From Chrysomallon squamiferum (lineage: Eukaryota > Animalia > Mollusca): 64,000 bases of DNA. The stretch covers positions 21,638,001 through 21,702,000 of the forward strand of contig CM022679.1 of the NCBI GenBank assembly GCA_012295275.1. The letters are read 5' to 3'. Below the pieces are notes generated by a model, which saw only the letters and a list, made by a program, of their open reading frames with translations, ran no database searches and was not told the DNA's origin. Made by a program: the position numbers and the translations under genes. Below, in pieces: positions 30,070 to 44,653 of this stretch (position 1 is its first letter; every line of letters begins with the position of its first letter).

Positions 30070-31085
30070 AAAAGGTTATTGCATTTTACTATATATAAAG
30101 GTAAACTGTATGTACTTATTTTATTCTGTTATAGTGAAAGAATGTTGTATTTGTATATAAGTTTTATTGTATTTTGTTGTGCAATAAATATTACTGTATT
30201 TTATCTCTAATTAAAATGCATTGTGTATAAATATTATTGCATTTTAGCCTCATGACTATTTTGATGTAATTATAAATACTGTTTTATTTTATTATATTTT
30301 ATAGTATTTTAAAAGTATATATTTTATTGTTTTCTGTTGTACGTAAGATTATTTTATATAAGTATTATTGTAGTTTATGGTACATAAAATATATTTTATT
30401 ATACATAAGTACTACTATATTTTTTGTACATAAACATCGCTTTATTTTAATGTATTTAAAGGATATAGTATTTATTACTTTTCATTGTATATTATTTTAT
30501 TTAAGTTTTATTGTAATTTATTGTATTTATTTTATATAAGAATTATTTTTTGTTGTACAGCAAGTTTATTGGGTTTTTAAATTTATGTTTTATTATTTTA
30601 TATATAAATATATATTATTGTACATTACGTTTATAGTATTTATTCATTTTATATAAGTATTATTAAATTTCATTGTTTATTAAGTTTATTGTGTATTTCT
30701 TTATATAAATATCCTTGTACTTTGTTGTACATTACATTTATTGTGGGTTATTTATATAAGTATTATTGTCTATTAATCTTATTTTATATAAGTATTACTC
30801 TCTATATTATTTTATATAAGTTTTATTGCATTTTATTACACAGAAAGATTTATATTATTCTATATATAGATTATTGTACTCTTTTGAATTATTCTATATA
30901 TTATTTTATGTAAGTATTATTGCATTTTATTAACAGAAAAGTTATAATATACTCGTGTTATTCTATGTTATTGTATATATAGAATACTGTACTCTTTTGA
31001 ATTATTCTATATATCATTTTATGTAAGTATTATTGCATTTTATTAACAGAAAGGTTATAATATACTCGTGTTATGCTATATTACT
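30070..31085. repeat. Degenerate AT-rich minisatellite (core TATAAGTATTATTG...) ending in a ~110-bp near-perfect tandem duplication (~30875-30975 and ~30987-31085)
   Basis: taagtattattg-like units recur about every 25-30 bp. TGTACTCTTTTGAATTATTCTATATA...GTAAGTATTATTGCATTTTATTAACAGAA.GTTATAATATACTCGTGTTAT is present twice. Confidence 0.75.
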
Positions 31086-31112
31086 GAATACAGAGATTAC
31101 TGCACGACTTAC

Positions 31113-31253
31113 CAGCTAAAACAAAGAGAATTCCACAGACAAAAGTGAGGATCTTGCGACCTGAGTTGCAGTGTCCTATAAAACACATGATGCCACCAAT
31201 GAGAAGGATAAGCAAGCTGACCAGAGGAAACATGGTTGCCCGTCTGATGTTTA
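31113..31253 (-). CDS. CACNG2-like: Gene A (TARP-like) coding exon 3, TM2-TM3
   Basis: ttctcgttttcag|TA AAC ATC...TTA GCT G|gtaagt, 141 nt, phase 1-1. Encodes (L)NIRRATMFPLVSLLILLIGGIMCFIGHCNSGRKILTFVCGILFVLA(G), similar to stargazin [21 protein letters not shown]...ILSAGIFFVSAG. Confidence 0.95.
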
Positions 31254-31418
31254 CTGAAAACGAGAAGAGAAAGTGTAAAATAATTGTGTCTTTAGAACCA
31301 TAGCAAAACAAATAAGTAAGTAAATAAAAAAATGGATATTTACAGGTGTAAATGAATGAAGTAATGGATGAATAAGTGAATAAATAAATAAAATACAATA
31401 AATAAATACATAAATAAA

Positions 31419-31744
31419 TAGATAGATCGATAGACAGATAGATAGATAGATAGATCGATAGACAGATAGATAGAGAGATCGATAGATAGATAGATAGATC
31501 GATAGACAGATAGATAGAGAGATCGATAGATAGATCGATAGACAGATAGATAGATAGACAGATAGATAGATAGATCGATAGACAGACAGATAGATAGATC
31601 GATAGACAGACAGACAGACAGACAGATAGATAGATCGATAGACAGATAGATAGATAGATCGATAGACAGATAGATAGACAGACAGATAGATAGATAGATC
31701 GATAGACAGATAGATAGATAGATCGATAGACAGAATATATATAT

Positions 31745-31797
<53 letters not shown>

Positions 31798-31850
31798 CAG
31801 ACAGATATATCGATAGACAGATAGATAGATCGATAGACAGACAGACAGAC

Positions 31851-31881
<31 letters not shown>

Positions 31882-31895
31882 CAGACAGATAGATA
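31419..31895. repeat. Compound (GATA/GACA/GATC)n tetranucleotide array
   Basis: Directly visible. It creates the spurious SIYL-repeat N-terminus of ORF 31081..31905. Confidence 0.95.
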
Positions 31896-32096
31896 ATGTA
31901 ACCAAAAACGTGGTCGATAAAAGATCTCATTTTCTAAAGACTAATTCAGATATAATCAAATAGAAACTTCATTTATAGCAACAACAATAACAACAACAAC
32001 AACAATAATAATAATAATAATAATAATTGCTTTCTTCAAACTATCTATCAGTTCGAAGAATAAACAGTCGAAACTTCTCTCTCTCTCCCTCTCCCT

Positions 32097-32177
<81 letters not shown>

Positions 32178-33698
32178 CCTCCCTCAGTCCCTCCCCTCCC
32201 TCCCTCTCTCTCTCTATCCCTCCCTCAGTCCCTCCCCTCCCTCCCTCTCTCTCTCTCTCTTTCTCTTTCTCGTTTCATCCTTGTGGAATTTTTCCACACG
32301 ATGGCCATCTGGCCTCATCGAGACAAAAATCTTTTGACAAATGTACAAACAAATCCGGTTCTTGTCACTGTCTCGATCGCCCGGGCGGTCAACGCGACAA
32401 AGGCGCCGCCATAATAACAAAAATTATTTAAGCATGAGAATTCAGACGGATCGCGCAAACGACCGTATGAAGGAGCTGGCCGCCAGGCAGGCTACAGTTC
32501 TGGCGCTTTAATATCCAATTATTGGCATTGATTAGTCTTTGTGAGCCGCGTTTTCAGTCCTCGTACCAAGCACAGTCATGTGTCACATTTGTTTTATCAT
32601 TTTCGTGCAGTCGCCGAGCTCCGTTTCGCCAATGTCAGCCGAGTGCACCAGACTTCATTTTGATTTCATTAAGCAGTGCACTCCGTAGTTACATTAACCA
32701 ATGCAGTCCTCGCTTTACATAAACACTGCAGAGTGGAAATGTCTGGCAAGTGAAGAGAGACATTTATATACAAACAGACAGATAAATGTATCGAGAAACA
32801 ACGTACTGATGGATAAATATAAAGAAATACCTTTCTGTCTGTCTTTCTGTCTGTTTGTATTATGTTTCTATGTGTGTGTGTGTGTGTGTGTGTATGTACA
32901 CATATATAAGACCCCACAGACTAATCTTCTGTAATTTATGATCTGTCAGTCTGTACAGACAGACAGACAAATAGCGATGGACACATAACAAAGTGAAATA
33001 AAAACACGCACACAGAAGTATTCAGGCAAAGAAACGAGATACTGTATGTTAAGGACAGTGTTCACATCACAGTCCATTCTTGAAAATGCATTGATGCAAT
33101 GTATACTAGACACGAGACACATCATTTTTAAGGAAAATTGAATCACGACAATATATCCAAACTTGAAGTACGCCATTACACATTACGGTTCACGTTAAAG
33201 TGATTATCTCATTTGGCTGAGTTTTAGGGAATCATTGCTCCTTTGTTGAAAACTGTGAGTAATGTTACAGATACGTATTTTAATACTGCCTGCTACCAGT
33301 GTGTTTGTATCTCTGCTCAGTATTCAGATCTTTTGATGCCCTGGAGCTTTCGTTTACTGTTAATACCTTGTTTCTTTTGACACAACAGCCATCTTCTGGT
33401 GGCGAAAGTTGCAGACATATTTATATTAACGTACAAAAAGACATCTTCAAGTTATTGCAAGTATCTTGTGAGGAAAGAAAGAAAGAGAGAAGAAAGAGAA
33501 AGAAAGAGAGAGAGAAGAAAAAGAAAGAAAGGTAGAACGAAAGAGAGGGCACAGTCCCATGGGAGAGATATAATGAGGAAGAGAAAGGCAGACGGGGTGA
33601 GAGAGATGGAGAGAGATAAGAAAAGAGATATACACACATATGAAGACAGAGAGAGAGAGAGTCAAAAAAAAAGAAGAAGAAGAAGAAGCACGCACCCA

Positions 33699-34216
33699 TA
33701 AACGTCATAAGACAAAAATCAAGCTAAACGTCATAAGACAAAAATCAAGCTAAACGTCATAAGACAAAAATTAAGCTAAACGTCATAAGACAAAATCAAG
33801 CTAAACGTCATAAGACAAAAATCAAGCTAAACGTCATAAGTCAAAACTCAAGCTAAACGTCATAACACAAAAATCAAGCTAAACGTCATAAGACAAAAAC
33901 CAAGCAAAACGTCATAAAACAAAATTAAGCTAAACGTCATAAGACAAAAATTAAGCTAAACTTCATAAGACAAAATTAAGCTAAACGTCATAAGACAAAA
34001 ATCAAGCTAAACGTCATAAGACAAAATCAAGCTAAACGTCATAAGACAAAATCAAGCTAAACGTCATAAGACCAAAAAATCAAGCTAAACGTCATAAGAC
34101 AAAATCCAAACTAAACGTCATAAAACAAAATTAAGCTAAACGTCATAAAACAAAATTAAGCTAAACGTCATAAGACAAAAACCAAGCTGAACGTCATAAG
34201 AAAAAATCAAGCTAAA
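33699..34216. repeat. Homogeneous minisatellite, ~20 copies of a 25-27-bp unit TAAACGTCATAAGACAAAA(A)TCAAGC
   Basis: Units are near-identical, head-to-tail and have no spacers. The array ends 10 bp from the TARP exon 2 boundary. Confidence 0.97.
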
Positions 34217-34226
34217 TGTAACCTAC

Positions 34227-34319
34227 GTAAAATTGCTTCTGTTGGTCCGAGCCCCTCTCTGTCTTCATCTCCCGTGAAATACTTGATGTAACTGCACGTG
34301 ATTCCTCGCTGAGAGTTTC
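34227..34319 (-). CDS. CACNG2-like: Gene A (TARP-like) coding exon 2, second half of extracellular loop 1
   Basis: tatggtttcag|GA AAC TCT...ATT TTA C|gtaggt, 93 nt, phase 1-1. Encodes (G)NSQRGITCSYIKYFTGDEDREGLGPTEAIL, which aligns with stargazin [28 protein letters not shown]. Joins exon 3 in frame (C|TA = Leu). Absent from the ORF track. Confidence 0.92.
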
Positions 34320-35220
34320 CTGAAACCATAAAATAATGTAAATTAAAATACAACATCTTCGAAATGCAGTCTTAACTGTTTAATAGTAGTGGTGAGTTAA
34401 TAATGAATGACTTTATTATAATAAGTATAACAACAGTTGATATTCTTAATGAATCATATCATCTGAGTGGCACATCTTTCTATTTCCGCCGGTCTGTATC
34501 TATACATATGTGTAGTGCGTATGTATGTGTGTGTGTGTGCGTGAATGTACGTATGTATGTGTGTGTGTGTGTGTGTGTGACGGTGTATGTGTGAATGTGT
34601 GTTTGTGGTAAATTGTATGCGTATTATAGAGACTCTATTCTTTTTAAATATTTAAGAAACAGGAAACAGAGAGAAATTGAGAGAGACAGATGAGAGAGAG
34701 AGCGAGAGAAAGAAAGAATAGAACATGTACTGAGATAAGAATGCGCAAATAATAGTTTTATGAACTGAAACAAAAAAAATAATAATAATAAAATAAATAA
34801 ATAAAAAAGAGAAAAACGTGAAACAAAAAAACATTTTATTTCCCTTGAGTTTTATATTAAATAAATCGATTTCAAATTTATTTCCCTCCTTCCAAATAAT
34901 TTATATCAACGTTATTAATCTTATGAAATTCAAGAGACAAATATACTTTATTGAAAAATATTGAAATCTTTATGTTTTCAAAACGTTTCTTAAAAAAAAA
35001 AAAAAAAAAAAAAAATATTTGTTTTAATTTTAATCAAGAACTGTAACTCTAGAGACAAATGGCGTATTCTAGTCTGCAGACGGCGGCATTCAGCTCAGCA
35101 AGAAAGATTAAAAAATAAACCTTTATTTATTTCAAAATATCGATATTTTTTAAAAATATTTTTCACACTCATTTAAACATGACACAACAAGCTTAGGGAC
35201 TTTTTTTTATTTTTTTTAAA

Positions 35221-35290
35221 ACGCCAGGGTGACTGAGAGGGACGCGCCAGGGTGACTGAGAGGGACACGCCAGGGTGACTGAGAGGGACG
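35221..35290. repeat. 23-bp GC-rich tandem repeat x3 (CGCCAGGGTGACTGAGAGGGAC(A/G))
   Basis: Three near-identical units at the edge of a CpG-rich island (~35290-35530). Confidence 0.9.
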
Positions 35291-36680
35291 CGACTCAGTC
35301 TGTGGATGCAATGGATGAAGTCGAGCGAGCAGACGACTATTACTCATCCTCGCGGCGTAGTTGTCCTCGGAGACTTGTCTCGTGCGCGCGCACATCCTTG
35401 CCCGATTTCCGAAAAACCGCGGGATATACCGAGAAACTGCATTTACAAAAACATTAACGTTTTTAAACCTTGTGTGCGAGAATCACTCCTCCAGCTTCAG
35501 TGGGTTGCATGCAGTACCGCTGTGCGAGTTGTTTTATCATTTTAGTTTTTAATTTAAGTAATTTTTTTTTTTTTTTTTTTTTTAAATAATATTTTAATTT
35601 TATTATCTAATTAACGAAAATCTCTGGAAACAGACATTAATACTCCATATCAAATATTCTATACAAAATATTATTGTATATGCATGCATGTATGTATGTA
35701 TGTATGTATGTATGTATGTATGTATGTATGTATGTATGTATGTATGTATGTATGTATGTATGTATGTATGTATGTATGTATGTTTGTATATATGTATGTA
35801 TGTAAGTATGTATGAATAATTGCCATCTGTTTATATATGTATTTTTTAAATTATATTTATAAGAATTTTTATTTATAGATATCTTTGGGTACCGAATAAA
35901 AAATCCTTCCAGCCTCTCCATATACAGACAGACAAATATAGTAAACACTCAGAAACACACTGAAACATACCCACAGACACACACACAAACTTAAACACGC
36001 AGACACTATCTTACACAAACAAATACAGACACAAACAAATACAGACACAAACATACACAGACAAGCATATGAATACACACACACCCACACACACCCACAC
36101 ACACCCACACACACAAACCTTTTCCTCAAAGCAACACATTCCAAACACTTCTTATTATCATTAAAGTCTGACACAAAACGCAGCCATAATTTTCATAAAA
36201 TGCATATAAAAAATATAAGTTGAAAGCGATAGCAAGCGTCATGTTGCCAAAGAAAACTGGTGAAGACAAGGAGCCACAGGAATCAATATTAACAGCACTG
36301 GCAGCCAAACATGCCGGGCATTTTGTCTCTTACAGCCTCGGCAAAGGAAATGATGGAAGCCGTTTCAGACTCGACCATTGTCTGTGAAGCGGAAACGTAG
36401 AACTGTGACTAATACAGTTCGTTACAGCGAGACATTATAATTATTCCAGTTGTTGCCGGACATCGTAATTGTTATGGTTTTCGACAATGGAAAAATCTAC
36501 GACTATCTTTTGGTAATGGGCTGAATAATGTCTGAATTCTTTGGCCGTGACAAATTACTTGCGGTTTTCGTTTCTGCTTCTTCATTATTATTATTATTAT
36601 TAAAAAAAAAATTCTGTTAGTTTTGTTGTTGTTGTTTTTTTGAAATATTTTCTTGCTAGTTAATAATATCGATGAAAATC

Positions 36681-36714
<34 letters not shown>

Positions 36715-37422
36715 ATTATTTAAAAATAATAAAATAAATACATCAGTTTGCATTACTTGAATAATGATATTTTTAGATGGTCATATTTTATTTTTTTATA
36801 TATTTTTTTTTCACATCGATTTAACAGTCAAACGAACAGTTTCGTCGTTGATTTAATGTATTTGTAGTATTTAATTCAGGCTTCGCAATGATAATCCGAA
36901 GATATTACACTCACGTACACGCACAGACAGACACACAAATACCCCCCCATACACACAACACCCCCCCTCGCACACTAATCTGTAATTTACGACCGCATTG
37001 TCTGTCTGCCTCTGAAGATGTCTGCTTGAGCCAAAATCTTTTACCCCAATTCTTTTTACAGCCTGCAGAAGTAAACTTTTATGTCTGATACTTTTTGGTT
37101 TCGTCGTTAAAATATTTCGATTTTTTTTTTTTCTTTTTTTCTTCTTCTGCCGCTACCTCTCCTAACTTTTTCTCTTCATAAACTTCACGTGCTAAAACTG
37201 ACACTTGCACGTAATTGTGGGAAGTGAAGGAATCCCGCTAAGTTTTAATGCCATAGAATTTTCAGTGCGCTGGGCAGGAAATCAATGGTGCCATGACAAG
37301 GCAATTTAAATGGTAAAAAAGACAATGTACCAATCCCTTTGCTCTTTGCCTTTCGCACATGAACGCAGTTAAGTATGCAGATGTATGTTGCTGTTGCGGT
37401 TGTTGTTGTTGTTGTTATTATT

Positions 37423-37454
<32 letters not shown>

Positions 37455-37500
37455 AAATTTATTTATTCGTTCAATAAAATTAAATACGGACCAATCAAAA

Positions 37501-37531
<31 letters not shown>

Positions 37532-37620
37532 AATAAAATAAAATAAAAACTGATTAAAAAGACGTGTAGGTATATATGTAATAATATGTGTATAAGTGTA
37601 TAATAATAATAATAATAATA

Positions 37621-37663
<43 letters not shown>

Positions 37664-38226
37664 GAAACGATGATGATGATAATGCTAGTTAATAAAGATA
37701 ATGATGATTATGATACAACAGCTAACACTAGGACATTATTAACAACATCATCGTCATCATCACTATTACTCCAGCCAACTACTACAACTATTATTATCAC
37801 TACTGCTACTACTACACTATTCAGGATGTTTCTTCTGTTACAACGAATATAATTATTTTTACTCTTATTATTGTCTTCACTGTGTACCTTTAGCCGTTAT
37901 TATAATTGTTTTTGTTATTGCTGCTGTTGTTATTATTATTATTGTTGTTGTTGTTGTTGTTGTTGCTTTGTAACTGCTGCTTCAAGAACTGTGAAAATAT
38001 AGTATATACGATTTGCTAAATGTCTCTGTTTCTAAAAGTGTTTTGCTGTAGCCGAGGGGTCAGCCTCTTTTATTCAGACAAGAGAACTCAAGTGCTTTAA
38101 TGAACAAGAAGGATTCAGGGTAAAACTAGAATAAATTATTCTACAGTTAGAAAAGAGAGATAATTAGACAGTAGTCCAACAGACAGATAGACAGATACAG
38201 AGAAAGAGAGACCAATATATATATAT

Positions 38227-38269
<43 letters not shown>

Positions 38270-39117
38270 TAATTAAAGAGAGGGACAGAGATAGATATAG
38301 GCAGAGAAACAGAAAGAAAGAGAGAAATATAGTAAGATAAATATAATAGATATCTTCAGGATAGATAAAGTGGAAGACAGAAAGAGAAAACAATAGAGAT
38401 ACAAAGGCGGCCAAAACTATAGTGAACAGAAACAAAGAGAGAAAAGCAATTAAACTAGTGAGAAACAGATAGACACAGACAGACATACAGAGTAATAAAA
38501 ACTACAGACAACAGAAATACAGAAGCAGACAGAAAAAAAAAAAAAAAAACTAAATTACAAAAAAAATAAAAATAAAATAAAATAAAAAATGACGACAAAC
38601 AGACATGGAGGAACTCATTCTCGCCCATCAGAGTCTGGAAACAACCTCCATTAAAAAAAAAAAAAAGCTGCACGAGGAAGAACAAAGTCCACACCGACTG
38701 CAGAAGCGCGATCGTGTGCAATTAACGACTGGGAACATTAGAGTGGAAACAGCCCCGGGGTAGGCGATAATTCTCGCACGAGATAATACTTTGAAAGCAT
38801 GACGAGGATGGGTGACATCCAGGGCGGCTTCACTCACTAAGGAGAAGATTATACAAGTAATTACGACTTTAAAAAGACGCTGTGTTAAGATTGCACTGGA
38901 CATTTCCCTCGGGCCCATCAAGCAGAAAAAAAGAAGAAAAAAAAAAAGAAAAGATGCAAATAAAACAGTAACGTTAGAAAGTGTATGAATCGGTGGTGAA
39001 TCTTGAAAGGGTGAAATACAAATGTCAGTGGAAAATAAAAAGCATTGTCAGTGAAATGTTAAAATATTCATAAATATAGGGTCAAGTGTACACTCTCTCT
39101 CTAACTCTCCCCCTCCC

Positions 39118-39326
<209 letters not shown>

Positions 39327-39659
39327 AATACAAATAATTTTACCATATATTAAATTGATCCCAGAGGAACAACACTGGTTTTTTTCTTCTTTTTTATTTG
39401 CAATGCCGCATCCAGTTAATTCTACCAGGAAAGTGTAATCATATTCAAAACAATATCAATCTACGAACAGTTCCCTAGGGTGTGTAAGGTTCACTGAATA
39501 GTTGGTTCATTCATCTCATTAATAGCACAGATAACAACAGAACATCAAGTGTGTATGTTATTTTAACCTTTGTTTCCTTCCTTCTTTTTTTTTTTTTTAG
39601 CTCTCGTTCTTGTTACAGACGAAGATCGGCAGGCTTTCTGTTTAACTTTAAAGTTTATC

Positions 39660-39704
<45 letters not shown>

Positions 39705-39755
39705 CGATAACTATTCATATTGTGACCATGAAGTTCCACTTATCCTGCCTGTTTA

Positions 39756-39794
<39 letters not shown>

Positions 39795-39844
39795 AACCCA
39801 TTGTTGTTGCTGCTGTTATTATTATTATTACTATTATTATTATT

Positions 39845-39885
<41 letters not shown>

Positions 39886-40200
39886 TATTATTATTATTAT
39901 ATATATATATATTTTGGAGGGTTAATACGAATAATCTTTTTTTGTATGCTTTTTCTTGATACCACATAAATATTTCCGACTGGGGAACCAAAATCAATAT
40001 TCGTAAAGATTTCATGTCCATACAGTAAATAAAGATATTTTTAGATCAAGTCAAGATATTTTTCACCAGACAGACAGATGCAAGATTAAAATTTACGCAA
40101 TGATTTACAGAAACCCATTAATAAAAGTTGCAGCAGACTTAGCAACGTGACGGCAACAGCCTCGGTAGAAACAGCAAAGATTAAAAACAACAGCAATGGG

Positions 40201-40315
40201 AACAAATGTGGTAACCATCATTAGAAACAATAGCAACGGCAACAAATGTGGTAACCATCATTAGAAACAAGAGCAACGGCAACAAATGTGGTAACCATCA
40301 TTAGAAACAAGAGCA
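40201..40315. repeat. 40-bp tandem repeat x~3 (AACAAATGTGGTAACCATCATTAGAAACAA(T/G)AGCAACGGC)
   Basis: Units start at 40201, 40241 and 40281. Confidence 0.92.
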
Positions 40316-41784
40316 GTAACTAAAGAAACAACAGAATATGCAGTCGAAAACAGTAAAACGTAACAAGGGAAGTAACTATAACACGAACGACATCATCTCC
40401 ATTAACGAAAACGATAACAACGATATGATTATAAGAATGAGAACTACAGAAATAAAATATTTAACAATAACAGCAGCGATTAAAAACGGCAGTACAGTTA
40501 ATCCTATAAAAACTAAATAACAACAAAGACGACGACAACATTAGCAACAGCAGCAGTAATAGAAAAAACGGAATTATCAACTGTAGTGGAATATTTTTGG
40601 CACCATCAAAACTGTAGCAATGACAGCATCAGCAGCAACAACAGCGCCAATTAAGCTGCAGTCGTTGCAAAATGTAGAAATATCAACAGCAGCATCAATA
40701 TCAACAGCAATAGTAGTAATAACAACAGCAGTAGCAACAATATTAAAAGCAGCAGTATTATGAATCATTAATAACAAGAACTGTAATATTAACTGCAGCA
40801 GCAGAGGTAACAACAGCAGCACCCGTAACAACAACAGTAGAATATCATCATCAAAACTAGTAATAACAGCAGCAGTAACAACATCATCAGCAGCAATATC
40901 AACAAAAGTAGAAATATTAATTTCAGTAATATTATCAAAAGCGGCAGTAACAACAGTAATAGTAAGAACAACAGCAGTAATATCAACACCAGTAGCAATA
41001 ACAACAGTAATAAAAACTACAGCAGAGTAACAGCAGCAGCAGCAGAGGTAATATCAACAGCAGCAGGGATATCAACAGCGGTGATAACAACAGTACAACA
41101 GCTTACTGGTGTTTTTCAACGGTGACAGCAAATGCATTATCGCTGCGATCTCCTTTTTCATTCTGTGTCTGTTGACTCACGTACAACAGAAATTTAATGC
41201 ATCAACTTCTTAAACTTTGACGATCTCCAGTTACTTAGCGACTAATGCATCGCGGCCTCTGACATCTAATGTATACAAGTTTAATCCTGGTTAGGATGTG
41301 AAATGACATCGAGAGAAAGTACTTCTGGCTCCACGCATTTTTTTTTTTTTTTTTTTTTTTTTTTATCTGACGGAGATAATGAAATATGTCCGTTTTATCG
41401 ATCTTCAGGCAATAATATTTTTTCTTTTTCTTTTTCTTTTTCTGTTTCTGTCTCTAAGTCTACGTTTCCCCCCTCAAAAATGATCAAGTATTAAGGGTTG
41501 GATTTTTAATTTACAAATGATTTCTTCGCGTCTTTTTATTTATTTATGTTTTTTAAACAGGAATAAGAACTGATAGGAGAGGGATATGTTTTATAAAACA
41601 AAATAATAAATTAGTAGCTTAAAGAAGAAAGCAGTCCTTGTCTGCTTGAAGATTTACACAGTTGGTAATTCATCAGACGAAAAGAAGAAAAGGAATTAAA
41701 GGCGCTATTCGTGTCTGGATTCAGATATTTATAAATGTTTAAATTGGGCAGTTGAATATTTTGTTTTTTTTAATCTTATATGGA

Positions 41785-41815
<31 letters not shown>

Positions 41816-44653
41816 TGTATGTATGTATGTATGTATATTTATAATATTTATAATATTTATGATATTACAATACCGTACGTATGTGTGTGTATATATATAT
41901 ATATATATAGGTACATCTGTGTGCGTGCGTTTGTGAGCTTATATGTATGTCTAAATACATAAATAAGCATAAAAATATACGCTAATACATTTTTCATATT
42001 CCCCACACACCTAAAAAAAAGAAATAAACAGCATAACCCATGACACACCAAAAAGATTCCAAAACATTCTAAACTCTTAATTCCTAATATCTACTAAAAA
42101 CAACTGGCTTGAAATAATATCACAATGCAGTCGGGCCAGCCGTGTCATTATAAGAAAATGTTAATCACGTTGCCCTGAAGCATTCATCATCACCATTTGA
42201 AGCTAAACATTCTACTTGGAGAAAGTGCGGCCATCTAATGACTGCTTAATAGGTTTCCAGCACAGCGACCAACTGATTAAAGAAGTCACAGAGTGAACAT
42301 TTATCTGGTTTCCATTAACACTTCTAACAAGTGTGTGGCCACTGCAGTTTGGTCACAGACTCCTCAACACATTTCAGGTTTGCTTTGCTTAAACAAGATG
42401 ATGATGATGATGATGATGCTGATGATAATAGTAGTAATAGTAATAGTAACAGTTTTAGTAATAATAATAGTAATAATAATATTATCAATCATAATAATAG
42501 TAGTTTTAGTAATAATAATAGTAATAATAATATTATCAATCATAATAGTAGTAGTAATAGTAATAATAATAATAATAGTAATAGTGACATTGATGATGAT
42601 ACCTACAACAACAACAACAATAATAATAATGAAAATAATAATAATTTATTTTCTAGCGTCTGTTATTGAAGGTCAAATATTTGTTTATTTTTCTAACCTA
42701 TTGACTCCAGAGAAAATCTTTTATAAGAGAGAAGAAAACACATACTTTTCATGTGAACTGCTTGGAACGGGAAATAGCCATCTTTTAGTTAGTATCAGAA
42801 GACAGTAGGTGATGTCTATATCAAAACGATCTGTCGTTTTATAGGTGAATCATGTATGTAGTCGTCTTATATCTTTGAAAGTTTTACATTAAAAAAAAGT
42901 AATATTTTATTTGTATAAATTTATTGACGTAATGTTTTGAAAAAAAAAAAAAAAATGTCTTCCATTTATCTTTCATTTGAAAAAGAAACATCTACTTAAA
43001 GAATATTAAAGAAAAACAAATTAATAATAAAAAATAAATTATTCCGCCATTAGAATTCCATTGTAGTTCGTTGTGTTGCAGTAATTACAGTTTAGAAAAA
43101 TCCAGCATGCATTGTTAATACGATTACGTTTTTTTTCGTTTTTTTCCTTTCACATTTCCGCGCCATTCTGCTGCAGCGTTAAAATTTGAAACCTTTGTCA
43201 GTAAGCCACAGTGAATAACCAGGAAAACAAACATTAAGAAAAAAAAATAAAAAATTGAAATTATATTATGATTAAAAACGAAAAAAACCTCAACAAATTA
43301 TTAATTAAAGAGAGAATTTTAAATTGCAAGGATCGTTTGAAATTTGAAATATTAACGAAGGGGACAGAGATAAAAATATTAACAATGATGTATAAGTCAT
43401 TCAGCGAATCTCATAAGAGTAAAGCTTCGTAGTATTAACAGCACTGTTGTTCAGTCATCGCCACTGTTATCATCATCATCATCATCGTCATCATCATCAT
43501 AATCTACGTTATCAATTTTTGTTTTCGTCTTTTCATGTTATTTTAGTCATTACCATCATAATTTTATCATCATCATCATTGTTGTTGTTACTATTATTGT
43601 TATTATTGTTATCAACGTAATCATCATCGATATTATTATAAACAAAAATAAGAACAATATGACAACAGTATCAAATCCATCGACATCGGCTTAATCATTG
43701 TCATCATCATCATTTTGCCCTCATTTGCTTCTTATTTATATCATCATCGCTATCAACACCAGTAATAACCAGGAAAATAATAATCATCTTCACTACCACC
43801 AACAGATGATCATCAAAAGTTAGGTTCAGAATTTATTTAGAGAAAAACACTGCTAGGACAAAAAAAATAAAAAAATGACTGAAAACGTTTTAGAACAAAA
43901 ATAACATTTACGTTATTTGTAAGGTTATTGTTAACTGCACTAAAGCTTTAATAACATCCATCGAATTTCGTCCTGGTGACAAACGTATTAAGATCCCAGG
44001 TTTTAACAGCTTGAAATAAAAATACATGATCCAAAACGACAAGAGGAAAGAAAAAAGAAAAAGTAGGAGAAACACTATAAAAGATTAATGAAGGCAATGC
44101 AGCAATTATTACGGTGGCTTTCTATGAAATTCTTTATGTTGTTGTATTAATAATAATACAAGAGAGAGAGAAAAAAAAACTGTAATATAAAAAAACCTTC
44201 AGAAACAGAAAGCATCGCGCATTTCAATCTATTTGGTCGCTTCACTCGCTGGTTTTATTCGAGAAATTATGGGTCATTTTACTCGATCGATTCACTCATC
44301 TCCGATTGTCATTGCCCAAGTCTGAAATTTTAATGTCTGGGACCTGGCGCCATAAATATCACTTTAACCTTCTTTATGAAATAATGCAGTTGTCCTGCAA
44401 CGTTGTGGAGACGTTGTCAACTCCGTGCTCACCGACACTTGACGACGACGACGACGAGCGCCATCTCGTGACCATCATGTCTGAAAGAGCCGTCGTGGTG
44501 GTTGTAGTTGTAAAAACACAGTAATTTTGTCACATTTGTCCAAACTACGACACTTCAGTGATTGTTCTGTTCTTCTCTGAGATATAAACGGTTTATGCTT
44601 GGGGATGAAAGGTCATCGGATTGCATACTGACCAAGACATGGCAGTGGCAGTA

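Noticed and set aside
31254-31930. 274-aa and 196-aa ORFs as full proteins
   Set aside because: Mostly translated (GATA)n repeat; only 31113-31253 is a real exon.
33699-34216. CRISPR array
   Set aside because: The units are contiguous with no unique spacers, there are no cas genes, and the context is a eukaryotic intron; it is a minisatellite.
38628-38921. 97-aa ORF with a hydrophobic stretch as TARP exon 1
   Set aside because: Lacks the W/GLW/C signature and a suitable donor; runs into poly-T.
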